From Tubiluchus corallicola (Eukaryota; Animalia; Priapulida): a stretch of 64,000 bases of DNA. The translations under genes were made by a program, and so were the position numbers. Positions 28,301 through 54,185 of the stretch are shown here, in pieces. Position 1 is the stretch's first letter. Each line of letters opens with the position of its first letter. The stretch spans positions 310,001 through 374,000 of the forward strand of contig JAQGDQ010000137.1 of NCBI GenBank assembly GCA_030141605.1, in the 5' to 3' direction. The notes under the pieces were generated by a model, which saw only the letters and a list, made by a program, of their open reading frames with translations, was not told the DNA's origin and ran no database searches.

Positions 28301-31300
28301 CTTACATACCACCCAGTTTCTATAGGCAGCGAGTGAGCGCTTGTTCGAAGCTTAGCCAATGCAATACGATTTTAACATTTACCAAATAAGACTCAAATTT
28401 AAAAGAAGTTTTAAATTTACTTTTTTGAATTTGCATACATAATTTGCTTTTCCATAGTTAATCTGGGCTGTATATCAACGTATGTAGTCCAAAAAATCGT
28501 TTCCCAAATTAGCTAGCAACCCTTCATTTTGGCAGAGGCGTTTGCAAAGAGACCCAATCGTCGTGTTGCTCGGTTTCTTCTCTTTCCAAAGAATTACAGT
28601 GATATACGCGCATATAATTCAAAAAGTCGCGCGACACCCGAAAGTTTAAACCTTTGAAAATCAAGCTGTAACTGTCTCTTTCAATTCTCCACTCTAGCCA
28701 TTTTTTTCAACCAAACTTTTTTAACTCTTTCTTTTTCAATTTCTGATTTTTAATCGTATATGCTAGCAGCTAGCCCAATAGACAACAAAACATGTCTGCA
28801 TATTGGCGCCATTACTTTACTAGCAACTTTTGCTGAATGAGTTTGACTGAGTTATATTTTTTCTGGACGACTTGTGTATGATAATAAATGTATAGTTTCT
28901 CATGTCTTGTAGGAGATGGTGAGCTAAATAGAGAGGAACTGGGGGATTATTACATACGTTTTGTTGGTGTTGATCCTCGTTACGCAAAAGAACAAGCAGA
29001 AAAAGGATATACAGCCATGACTGGTGTAAGATTAGAATTATTAATTCCTTGGCATTTAAAAAAAATTGGTAAAATAACGGCTGTCTCACAAGTCTGCCAT
29101 TATCTTTAAAAATTTATTGAACTATAATAACTATTACGACAGGAACCAAATGTTAATTTGATGGTTGAGTCTATGACTCATGAAAACTCGTGGCACTAAG
29201 CTTGGCTTCATAAATCATAAGTCTACGTCGCTTTTAAGTTACATCTGAATATCGCGCTTTTTATATATAGCCCCCTCGCTAGTCAGCATGATAGCGACAG
29301 AAAATTTCATTGATTAATTGATTGATTATAATTTTATTTCAGACAAGAAAGTCCATATAAAAAATAGAATACATAAAATCCGTGAAATTAAAATAGTCTT
29401 AACTAAATTTAATCTAGATTAAAATATAGAATTAGTTATTTCACATGCAGACTCAATAAAATTGTCAACTGCTGTATAACCACAAGAAAGAACGTCAGTG
29501 GTCGATTTGCTGCAAAGAAATATAACGGAAAACAGGTAGCTTTTTCATATCTCATCAAATTTTGAAGTACAACAAAAAGCATATATTTCAACACCTATGA
29601 TAATGCAAAGCGTTTCTAATAATTAAATGATAAGTTAAAAACGTAATTAACAGCGGGCGAGTTCAACTAATAATGACATTACAACTGAATATATTTTTCA
29701 ACAGCACAAACATTCCGCAAGCGTGTTACACGTGTTGCGAAAGCGAAAATTGAAGTACTGTACTACTTCACACCATTCAGTGTTGCTATACAAAAACTTA
29801 TACAAAATTGCTATACAAAATTCAAATTTCAAGTTTACCGTTGTGCTCACGCATGTGTCTCGAACGTGTGCACTATGTCACCAGCGAATATCTCTGAACT
29901 GAGAGCTACAGCAACTGTTTTTGCGCAACGCAATTCCGAGATACAGACGCTAGTGCCCATCTGGCGAAACGCATATGATAGCGAAGAACTAGCTGCGCGA
30001 ACGTGTAATTACGATTCTGCGGTAATAATTCTTTCATGTAAGTTGTTGTTGAAAAAACAGTAGGTTCCCTTTCAATGTTTAACAGAGTAGATTGTTTTGA
30101 GCTATAGTTTAACATTGGGCCCTGTTTTACTTTAAAGTTAGTGAGGGACTTATGAAACACCTTAAATTATAATGGTACTAGTGGATGTTACAAAGTAATA
30201 ACATATTATAAAATGGCCTCTATTAAAATTATGTAGGCTTATCACATCACTAGTAACTTGTGCTAACGAAATCGCTACATGCAACTTGTAACTGTGTAAC
30301 TGCCATATTTTATGTGCGTTATCTATAACAGAGCGGGAAGTATCTTCTTAACATGGAAAACTTTATGATGAATTTCGCCAACTTTTTATTGGGCAAAGAT
30401 ATCTACGGCCCCGGTGAATACGTCTTCGCAGTTTTCGACATAGGAAGACCAAAAGGTGAGCAGTTATGAAAAAGCTGAAATAATATACATGTTCATGTAA
30501 CGCAAATTGATTCTAGTGACAAGAACAATGACAATTAATAAAAAAAAAAATCACAATTAAGGAAATTAGAAGTACTCATACATGTAATTATTTCTGGGAA
30601 TTTTTAAAAACGTGAATAGATAAAATATAATACTTAAAAAGGACACAGTCACATAGAAAAACCCAGATGCACAGCAATAAAAACCACATGGAAATATAAA
30701 ACACTTGACTTGCTATCTCTTACATACACCGTCTGGTTATGATACTTTTAAGTATTAACATTATAAGAAATCAGTAAAATTACTATCAAATAATTCTGTA
30801 TGATTTTTTCTTTTTTATTTCTTCCATCTGAAGATTACTGGTACCAGACATTATTTTTAATTGTTGTTTTTTTCCATGTTCATGTATCTGTATAACCTTT
30901 GCGGGAATTTTCTGTGTCACTTCCGATCCCGGTAGTCAACCATGTTTTACCAGAAGTTTACGCAGAAAACAGACACAAAATACTTACCACGAGAGAAAAT
31001 TATATTTTTTCACAGTGACCGTGTCAAAGAAAAAAATACGAAATTTCACAATTTCATTTCTACATTAAGCAGAGAATACTCTCCGTGTTAGGCTCTTCTT
31101 AACACGCAGTCACATAGCCAGAAAGACCAGTGGAGGTATTGCACTTTCCTGACTACCTCTCGTATGTATGTGCTCTCAGAAGGTGTAGACATCCATGACC
31201 AGGATTTTATTGTAAATGGGACATATACCCGTCCTGATCCTTTTGTATCACTTTGCTGGTACAGCATCACCCGATCCAATCATTCTTCATTGCATGCGGG

Positions 31301-31628
31301 GCCCCGGCAATGTGTAAATGGCTTAGAGGCAAAAAAGTCCACATATCTACGAAATTGTTTAAATAACAACTCATTATGGTTTTCAGCTTCGTTTAAAGTT
31401 GTTTATCCACCTGAGGCTCTGGACATGGTTGACGAAAGAGTTAAATTCCCTCGGGGGAGGCTTACGCTGAAGGCTGCTGCTGACGCGGTTATCATAGCTA
31501 GAAGAATGGCACAAAATCAGAGTCTCAATATATCACCAGGACTGCGCTCAGGAGTTACTATTGCTGACAGTTCGGTCCCTACAAAACCACCAAACAAATA
31601 CAGAGTCAAGAGAAGATCTATATATTAG
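23765..31628 (+). CDS. EF-hand calcium-binding protein, calexcitin / sarcoplasmic calcium-binding protein-like
   Basis: Exons 23765-23912 (LSDFQTEKLSFYF), 24474-24526 (DIDKDGVITLPD), 25704 or 25711-25829 (WLDVW...DFPYW...FEIMDKD), 28913-29025 (RDGELNREE...GYTAMT), 30332-30454 (FANFLLGKDIYGPGEYVF), 31387-31628. Two EF-hand loops. The middle exon(s) are uncertain; candidates are 24786-24806 and 25490-25560. Confidence 0.88.
24833..25320 (+). repeat. Dispersed repeat (LINE 3'-end-like) with (CT)n tail; inverted copy at 38095-38563
   Basis: Co-linear reverse-complement similarity over ~400 bp, bounded by (CAG)n at one end and (CT)n at the other. Confidence 0.8.
26075..26548. mobile_element. hAT-type MITE (same family as 41176-41657)
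   Basis: TIRs CAGCCCTGGATTAA / TTAAACCGGCCCTG; 8-bp TSD gtgggcgc/gtgggcac. Confidence 0.85.
26685..27122 (+). mobile_element. CR1/L2-like LINE ORF2 C-terminal fragment
   Basis: ORF with CQYILWGSTYPSNL..LRTLQRK, LLTIDNL, RTN, PNVWNSI and FKKEMKT motifs. Confidence 0.8.
28100..28420 (-). mobile_element. LINE (CR1-group) C-terminal fragment
   Basis: LAKLRTSAHSLPIETG..PREE.LC..C...GDE.HF.L.C zinc-knuckle-like motif. Confidence 0.8.
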
Positions 31629-32105
31629 CAAAAGTTTTCCAGACTGTGTTGCATTATATAGTTTCATCAGCGTGTTAGTATGCAGAGCTGGAGATGGGTC
31701 TCAAAATGCCGGATGATATATGGTACCAAACGTGACTCCCCTAACAACCTGACAGGCTGACAGTATTACATTGAGTTTGGCAGAGTTAAATAAACTGCTC
31801 CGTCCTATTCCTCCCTCCATTATTTGTAAAATAGAATTCGTTATTGCAGTACATGGTATTGTCATTTCGTCCTGCATTGGATCCACACCCAAGTGACTTA
31901 CCAAAAAATTAATATACGCATGACCAAAGTGACGGATGAGACATCTCTTGACCCATGTCCAGCTTTATATTAGACACTTATTATTCGAAGTTAGAGAATA
32001 TTTTTGTAAGCGAGAATTTTGTAGAAAGGGAGAGAGAGGTTAATGGGTTACTCACATGATTCATTTTTTTGTAAAAATTATGACGCTTATATATACCGGT
32101 AATGT

Positions 32106-38147
<6,042 letters not shown>

Positions 38148-38894
38148 GATTCAAAGAGTACAGCACATCAGGCTTAAAAGTTAAAAAATACCTTTCCGGT
38201 CTACGCGAGCACTCAATTGATACGCGAGCAAAAAAACTTTCATTGATATAAAATGTCAAATCATTCAAATCTGCATCTTCTGGCGTTTAAGCATACTTTG
38301 GCATTTTCTAAAAAAATAAACACAAAAAATGGAAATACTCAACAGATTCAAACAAGGCATGGAAATGGTCAAATACATGTACTTCAGTAATTACTAGAGC
38401 AATTGATATACCTGTGTCTTTACAATAACGTTAAAAAGCTTCATTTTAGAATTTCGTGCCAAATTAAGAATCTGTGGCAAATTGATAATAAAATGAGAAA
38501 GTAGGCCTACGCATAAAAATGTTTTATTAAACTTTACATCATGACAGTGCTGCTGCTGCTGCTGATGATGATGATGAAGGTGGTGTGAATGTGGTTTAGA
38601 ATGTGGACGATGCATTTTGGAATTATGAATTAACTAAGCTAATTTCACTCTCACTTGGGATTTCAGGTAACCACTGTGCTGCCGTACGAGCGAACGTTCT
38701 AGTTACCGCAAAGTGGCTGTCTATATTCTGAAATGTGCAAACTCAAAGTTCATTGGTATAGTTTGAAGGGCAGCCCTTAAGCGTTACTCGTACCACACAT
38801 ACAAAGTAACAGAACGTAGTATAGTATAATGTAGCAAAGTATTGTGCAACAGCGCTGTAGTTGTTTTAGAAAAAAACATTCCGACTAAACGAAA

Positions 38895-46207
<7,313 letters not shown>

Positions 46208-47729
46208 ACAAATTATATCTACGATTTTATATTTTCTTCCAATAGACGTTTGGCTACCGTAGCAAAATGCATGTGTATATTACCCGAAAATTTTGCCTGA
46301 CTTTGTTCGTTTAATTAAACTGCGAATAAATTAATCCATATATAATTTATGCTGATGCATAACAGAGTTTGAACGACTGTCAACTATGGTGTCTATATAC
46401 GGTATCTAGCAGTGCTGCTGCATACAATGTCACAGTCAACAAATGGACTAGGGATTTTGAAACTGGTTCAATTAACCTATTTTTCACAGTCCTTAGGCGT
46501 TTATGAACAGGTTTCTTACCACACACTTTGTGGTTTACTATTTCAGATAAATTAGGCCCAAATTTGGAATTTAGTAGCAATTATCGTAAAATACTCATGT
46601 AGTAGACTGTAGGCTAACTTAATTTTTGATGCCTTATTAGATGTTTTAAATTAATCAAATGTGATTTAAATAAAAGATGCGCATATGAGCTTCTCTTGTA
46701 ATTATGTATTTTGCGTCGAGACGCTATCAGAGTAATTTAAAATGCTGCATTTCAGCTATTTTAGTCATAGAGCTACAACACTCTTCATTAGCCAATTGTT
46801 AGGAGCAGTTCAAAAATTACGTAACGCCTAAGACTAAGGGAGGGATGGGGGATCATGGTGACGAAAGTAACATGGGTTTTTCTTTGGAATATTTTGACGG
46901 CAGTAAACTTTTACTTTACTTCAATCAATTATTAAAGATTTTCAAGGTTCCCTGTTAGACATGGCGACGTCATAGAAGTCACTGCAGAATGGTGTTCAAC
47001 TTCAATTATAACTCTCTTTTTTCCGTTAACATTTGAAGAAGCCTTTGAGAATCGTAACTTTCGAGTTTTGAATCAAGTAAGGAGAAATTTCTTCAGAAAC
47101 CGATTGCGAGGTAACACTGCTGAATTATACAAATCTAAAATTTTCCTGCATAAACATTTTACTGTCATTACGTATCAAAAGGATTATTGGAACAATATTA
47201 ATATAACATGTACCATTATTATTATTAAATTTTATTAACGACAACTTAAAATTACCAGTAAAACAAACCAAAAAAATGTAGTTAAAATACACTCAAAAGT
47301 AAGTTTCAGAACAAAATACCAGTTAACTATTGCAATGATATGTCGCACATGCCAAAAGAGAATTAAATTTAAATAAAATTATGGATGGCATGTGGAACTA
47401 TAATAATTATGGCCATTAACAGACAAAATCTGAACAAATTAAGTCTATCAATACTAATGACAGTATTATTAATATGACAAATTAAACAAAGTAGACTGAT
47501 CAAATCAGCGCAACAAATCACAAAAATCGTCATTATGTAACAAAAACAATCACTATGTAACAACTTTTGCGTCGTTATGTAACAATCAATATGTAACAAA
47601 AATAATGCATTATCTCACAGGCGAAATTAGAAATAGTTATGATTTGTGGTCGACCCTTGTCAAGACCTTGATTTCTTTTCATCGGACTGGGCCGTTTTTC
47701 TATTTTCTATTCTAAATGTCGTACCGATT

Positions 47730-48180
47730 CCACCCAATCTCTCTGAGATTTGGTCTGATGTGGCCTGAGGTCTCCTCCGGCTAGAATTTGATATGGTTAT
47801 AAGTCTAGCCTGGGAAAGTGTGGCATGGATATATGTTTTGGTTTTGGTTTGGTCTTGTTGGGGTCTAGTCTGGCTAGAGTATGGCCTGGTTAGTGTCAGG
47901 TCTGACTGGTGATGTCTGGTCTGCCTTGGGTCTTGCTTGCCTAAGATCTGGTCTGGCTGGGATCTGGTGTGGTTAGAGTATGGCCTTACTGAGGCCGGGC
48001 AAGTGTCTGATAGGCTTCTGACATGTTACACCTTATACCCCAGACAAACCAGCCAGAGACCAAACTTTATGGTAAATTTGATCTTGGATAGACCAACTAG
48101 CTAGAGACCAGACTTCTGATATACTAGAATCCTACATAGGCCAGACTCCAAAAATCAGCTGCAGACCAAACGTCTGACCC
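47730..48180. repeat. Degenerate GGTCT/CTGG-rich repeat with an inverted AGACC-rich arm
   Basis: Short-motif periodicity whose strand flips at about 48020. Confidence 0.55.
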
Positions 48181-48608
48181 CAAAGGATTATATGGTTATA
48201 CTTTTCCGAATGTGTGTATTATAATACAAAACATAATTACTCGGATGCATTGATTAGTATTATACTCGGTATGCTGCCTTTTTTGTACGGATATAGGATT
48301 TGTAATTTTGGACTTCGCGCTTTATGCAATCAGCTGTCCTATATAGTAAGTGTAATGTGTCGTACCTGTATAGTTAACTTACGAACATAGACAAACATTC
48401 TGCATGGTACAGAGAGTAAAATTTCGTGCTTATGTTTTATACCAAAGGTCATATTTGATCAGCGACACTTAATGGCAGTGACCGTGTGTCAGTGGGAGCG
48501 AGTTAGCCATGTAAAAAACAGAAAAGTTAGCATATAATTCACATAATAATAAAAATAATAATAATAATAATAACAACAATAATATTTCAGCACTATAAAT
48601 GAGCTAAG

Positions 48609-51600
48609 ATGAAAATTGATGGTCAAAGTGCTTTTGTGACAGGAGCAGGACAAGGAATTGGCTTGGCAATATGTGAAGCTTTGTTAGAAAGAGGCGCAAA
48701 GGTGAGTATGCTGAGTGAATCGCAAGTACAATAAAATGTACAAAAGGCAAAAAAAACAGAAGTAGTATAAGAAAAAGAATCTAAAGGATGATGATCGCGA
48801 TAAATGTGATGTTGAGAACGATAATGACGACAGCGGTGATGATTGTGATTGATACAAACTCCATGTCTGTTTGCTCCACTTTCTTATTGTAGGTCACTAT
48901 GGTCGATATAAATGAAGAAAAAAGCCACGCTGCTTTAACCAGACTGGGCGAAAAATATGGAAAGGATTCGGTGCTGTTCGTAAAAGCAGATGTTTCCTCA
49001 CAGCACGATATAGAAAGTTCGTATATATACTTTTCAAAGTACAGTACATATCTTTTGAAGAGGACGCAGTTCTAGGGTGCATGGTTATGAAATTATGTTT
49101 TATATTAAATATTTATTTATTTATTTTAACTACATCAAAAAAGAAATTCCCAATCAGTTGGCCTGGGAGATCTGTACAACGCGAAAGACCACCGCATGAC
49201 GTACAAGCCATCAAGTATAAAGTGACTCGTTACAAATAGATGCACAAATGTTATAATTGATAAATGTGAGGATATAGCATGCACTACGTGAAAGAAAAAC
49301 CACGCCAACCCAACAACCATGCCTATTACGAAAACATAACTAATCTGTAACAAGATTACAATTGCATTTTATAATGTTTTAAAATATAGTTTAAAAAAAG
49401 TAAAAGAAATTTTTACTATACCTTTTTTGAATCATGGACTACTAGTGTATGAATAACATGTTGATATATACGTGTTCTTTTAGCAAAAACATGTTCATGA
49501 ATGTCATCATTATAACGAGTACTTTATGAGTGAAAATCTGAATAATAACTGATGTAGAGTAGAAATAAACAGGGACTAAATGATTACTTAAACTAAAATA
49601 AAATTTTAATTGCATCATAGCTATGATGTGCGCAAGTTTAAGTAAATATATGTCTTTAAAAATGGGTCCAGTAAGTGTGTTAGGTACGCCGCACCAGGTG
49701 CAATATGCACAACTTTTCTCTGTAATTTAGTTAACTAACTATCATCCGAGGTTTACGGATAATGCTTGTTTAAACCTATTCATTATTCCTATAATTCGTG
49801 AAATTTTACAGGCAAAAGCTTGAATCTGATTATTCCAAGTCAGTTGCTCATTTAGAAGAAGCCCAAGAAATGAAAGTGTTTTATCTTGTTTCAGTGTAAT
49901 ACCTTCAGTAAGCAAATTCATTAATAATTCAGAGAGAAGACAACTGAAAGGATTTAGTCTGAGCAACTTGTTTGGTTTTAGCTATTACTAATTTTATTAA
50001 ATTGAAATTGATTTGAGTTGAGATTATTTCTGACCTGCTATATTGAATTGCTGCTGTTACTGAATTGATCCAAATTAGCTAATAAATATGTATCATCTGC
50101 AATTCTGCATACAAGGTTGTGTTAAAATTAGAATTAATCCAGTACAAATCATTAAAATGGTGAACAATAAGGGACTGAGAATAGATCCTTGCAGAACAAT
50201 ATTGTGATCATTTGTTGACATCATTGTGATCAACAAATTAGGGTTTATTTGAGAAATAAATTCAAATTAGAGATTCTGCACTATCATTAAAGTAATAGCA
50301 TTTTAATTTTGAGAGAAGTACACTGCATAGTCTATGCTGTCAAAGGCATTACTGAGATTCATTAAGACTGTGAGAGTTTTCTTTCCCACATCACCATTAC
50401 TGACAATATGACTGATCACTCTGCAGCAGCCAGCTCAGTAAAATATCCTGCAGAAAAGCCACATTAACTGGTGTGTAATAAACTGAGCATTTCAAAGAAC
50501 TGAGAATTAAAAAATACATGTTCAAAGCCAAATATGTACGTTGTTTAAGTTAAATGGAGAAGTTAATGTCTTTCGTTAGAACATTCAAAAATGTGATCCA
50601 CTGTCCTCCTCTTGTCTTCTTCCCGGGCATTAGTGCTTAATGTAATGCCGTAGTAATAAAGTGGGATATCCTTGTGGTAATGGACATGTCCAAAGCATCT
50701 AAGCCAACCTCACTCCATCAGTTTTTGTTTGTTAAATTGTATATATCCCGACTTGAAATTTCATTTACAGGAGCTTTTAAGTTGGCAATGGATAAATTCA
50801 AAACCATAGATATAATTGCCAATAATGCGGGGATAATGAACGAGCTAGAATGGGAGCGAATGGTAGACATAAACCTGGTAGGTAAAATTTAACTGATCGG
50901 GCAAATGCACTAAACTAAGAGAACCATATAAACAGCGGAGCTTGCCAACTTCCGGCTAGAGGCAGAGTGGCAGAAAATAATCGGAGTAACGTTAACTGAG
51001 CTTCTATTATCACATCAACTATATGTTACTAAAGACACCTGTCTGGACGGTGGATAGTAATTATGGAAACTAGTTTACTGTTAAGATTTTCACTCTCCGT
51101 TTTATAATTCATTTATTTTGACAATTCATCTACAGGTAGTCATTGCCACTAGTGTAAAAACAGTCGTAATTCCTCCGGAATAGTTCTCCAATCATTTCAG
51201 TATCTGCAAGTGCCCACTCACGTTAAAAACAAATGAATTAAATGGATGAATGAACGAATGAATGAATGAGTGATGAAAGAATGGATGAATGACTGAATGA
51301 GTGAAGGAACAATTGAATGAAAATGTCTAATCCTCGGTGTATTTAATCATTTTTCTTGAATATTAGGGTGTCTAAATCAAATAAAAATGAATCACAGGCG
51401 CAATTAATTTTGTCAATAGTACTTTGCGCTTATACCGGGCATAAGCCGGGTGAAATAATAAGTTCGTGTTTTGTGCAGGTTGGAGTCATACGAGTATTGA
51501 AACAAGCTGAAAAATATATGGGAAAAATAACAGGCCATAACGGAGGAGTCGTCATAAATACTGCTTCAATTAATGGTAACAGTCAAGGTTATTCTTTCAA

Positions 51601-54185
51601 TAAATTTTTATTCGCTAAATCGTACTTTAGAAAAGTGTTTGAAGTGAAGTTTACCAAATTTCGTATTTTTAGGACACGAACCGGAACCTCACTGGATGTT
51701 CGTCTATAATGCTACAAAATTTGGTGTCATTGGACTAACGCAAAGTTATGGGGTAATACAGATAATACTTAGCAAATCATTTTCTTAGCATCATAGCGTG
51801 GCGTTATTGTTACAGCTATTTATTTTAGCAGCATTATGGATCATAGCATTATCCGTGTATTAGGGTAGCGTATGTTGGTAACAATTTTACGATGGCTTTC
51901 AAAATCGATCTTATAGCACAATTTACAATTAGTAGTTTCATAATGATTTTAGAACGATTAATTTTATATTTTAACGTAGAGCGGATGGTACTTATACGCA
52001 TGTCACGGCGTACTTGTGAATAAAACATAAAAAACACTACTAAAAGTGAAATTACAGAATTAAGTAAGTCGCCAGATATCTAATCCATTGTGCTCCATGC
52101 CAGTTGTTATTACGGAGTAGGTACTGACGTCAACCCACTGAACCGACGAGACCATTCCAGAGCGACGGTTTTATACCTGCTATTCAACGCCACTATGCAA
52201 TGGCTTCGTATGGACCGAGACCACCACAATGTAGAGGGGTGGGTCGAAAATAAGTGGCATTTCGCCCCGTAACAACATGATTGTTAGCGCACATATTGTA
52301 AGTTATAACAGAATTTTAATTGTACAACGCATCGAGATCACTTGATGTGATGGTCTACATAACAAATGCACCCGCATGAAGAACTTACACATATCATCTC
52401 AACATTGGATCTAAAAAAACTTCTGGACACACAATCTTGAGAATTAGACCAGTTGAGTTAGCGCGCTGTTAGCTAATCATCCATCATCCCTTTTAAGTTA
52501 TTGAATGCTACTAAATAATGACTGAGCACTTGTGGTGTGTTTTAGGATAATCATAATGATATTTTGTTGCTCTTCTTATTTCTAAAGTATATTAAAAGCT
52601 TTTCAGAAGGTTAAACAAGAACAGGCTGGTATATCTAGGCATGGTAAAATGCCACTTTAATGACTATACAAATTGAAATTTTGTGTATATTTGGCGGTTT
52701 AACCGAATTTTTTAAGCATGGGTAAAAAATTTCTAAAATGTCCTTTAAAAATGCCGCTAACTTTGTTGAGTTTTTGAGCGTTAAATTGTTAGCTCGTTCA
52801 CAATTGCTCAACTTTAAAGCACGAATAGAACAACATTGTTATTTTAACTTGTTTTTTATATTAGGCGACGGAGTATTTTGAGGAGAATGGCATTCGTGTG
52901 AACGCCATCTGTCCTCAACTTGCTGATACAGACCTCGCAAATTTGGAAGGACGGACTACTCGGAAGGAATACTCTCAGGAATTTGCTGCACTAAAACAGT
53001 CAAGAAAACAGGATGGACTTTTACTAAGGTATAAACAGTTTTTCAGTTCTGGCTCTATAGTTGAATTATCTCAATACTTCTGTTAAGGAATTTGTCGTGT
53101 CTTTAATGTTGTTTTTTGTTAATGCATTTATTAGTGGCTGTGGCTCATGATCAGGTTGGCTACCTTCCCAGTATAATCGATATTTTCCCATATTACGTGC
53201 TCATAAATGTCCTATTTTCTGAATTTCTGATAACTTTGCTTTGCAAAAATCCCTGACGTGGAGAACAAAATCCATTTTATAATCTGTTAATTTACATGAT
53301 TTTGAAAATCTGTTTACAAAGACTTGTCAAAATTCTAACGTACATGGGTAAACCATGTCGCGAGAGTCGCTTGCAAAAGTTATAAATCCTGTATAATTTA
53401 CAATGACTGCCTATAATTTTTTGCAAAATTCCAAAAAGAAATCTAGGGAGGGTGAGTTTAAATGCTATTCTCTTGAACGTGGATGACAGCACGTTTCGAC
53501 TCCCTCTGTTCTATATTCTAACTTCTAAAAGTCGACAGCCATAGCTGAGTGACAGGGATTTCTTTTCCGATCAGTTTCGTAGTTTACTTTTGCTTCACAT
53601 CTTTTGTTTTTCCGCATACCCTTATTTTAACGTATACACAACTTTGACCAGAGATTCTTCACCTTTTGTGAGTCACGTATTCTTTTGAAAATCTGCTGAA
53701 AGCTATGGACCCTCCTTAAAATGAACAAATATACTTTGCTTCATAAAATACTTACAAAAAATGTAAGTTTTTCATTCTTTTTGTGGGTAAATTAATAGGT
53801 AACTCCATGAAAAATGAAATAAAGTGGAACTAAATAAAATAAATTGTATTTGCATGTGCTCGAAAGGTCGTTTCAATGACAAAATTGACATTGCTGATGA
53901 AATAAAACACGATAAAATTGTAAGATAAAATAAAATAAGATGGAACTGTGGAGAGGTTTTTGAAAGGCAAACAACTTAATTTAAAAGATGGTGAAAATAT
54001 CTGCTCTTCATGTAGCCTTTGAAATCCAGGTTAAGAAGCCCTGACATTGACAATTTCTTTTGTACATATATATATATTGCAGTCCAGAAGACGTAGCCGC
54101 GGGTTTCATCCAGCTGGTAGAAGATGATTCACTATGTGGAAAATCGCTGATGATTAAAACGAAAGGAAATTATATTAGAACTTAG
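48609..54185 (+). CDS. HPGD: 15-hydroxyprostaglandin dehydrogenase-like classical SDR, paralog 2 (7 exons)
   Basis: Exons 48609-48701, 48893-49016, 50771-50877, 51479-51575, 51673-51752, 52865-53028, 54083-54185. Motifs TGAGQGIG, MVD, ADVS, NNAG, NTAS, YNATK, VNAICP; AATAAA at ~54533. Confidence 0.92.
49560..50520 (-). mobile_element. Degenerate CR1/L2 LINE reverse-transcriptase fragment
   Basis: Remnants NLSNAFDSID, VLQGSILSPLLF, ADDT, FLGLLLNEQLTW and KISRIIGI. Confidence 0.85.
53649..54043. mobile_element. hAT/Charlie-type MITE
   Basis: TIRs CAGAGATTCTTCACCT / AGGTTAAGAAGCCCTG; TSD actttgac/acattgac. Confidence 0.75.

Noticed and set aside
46801-47190. PIF/Harbinger-like MITE
   Set aside because: One terminus looks plausible, but no matching second TIR or TSD was found.
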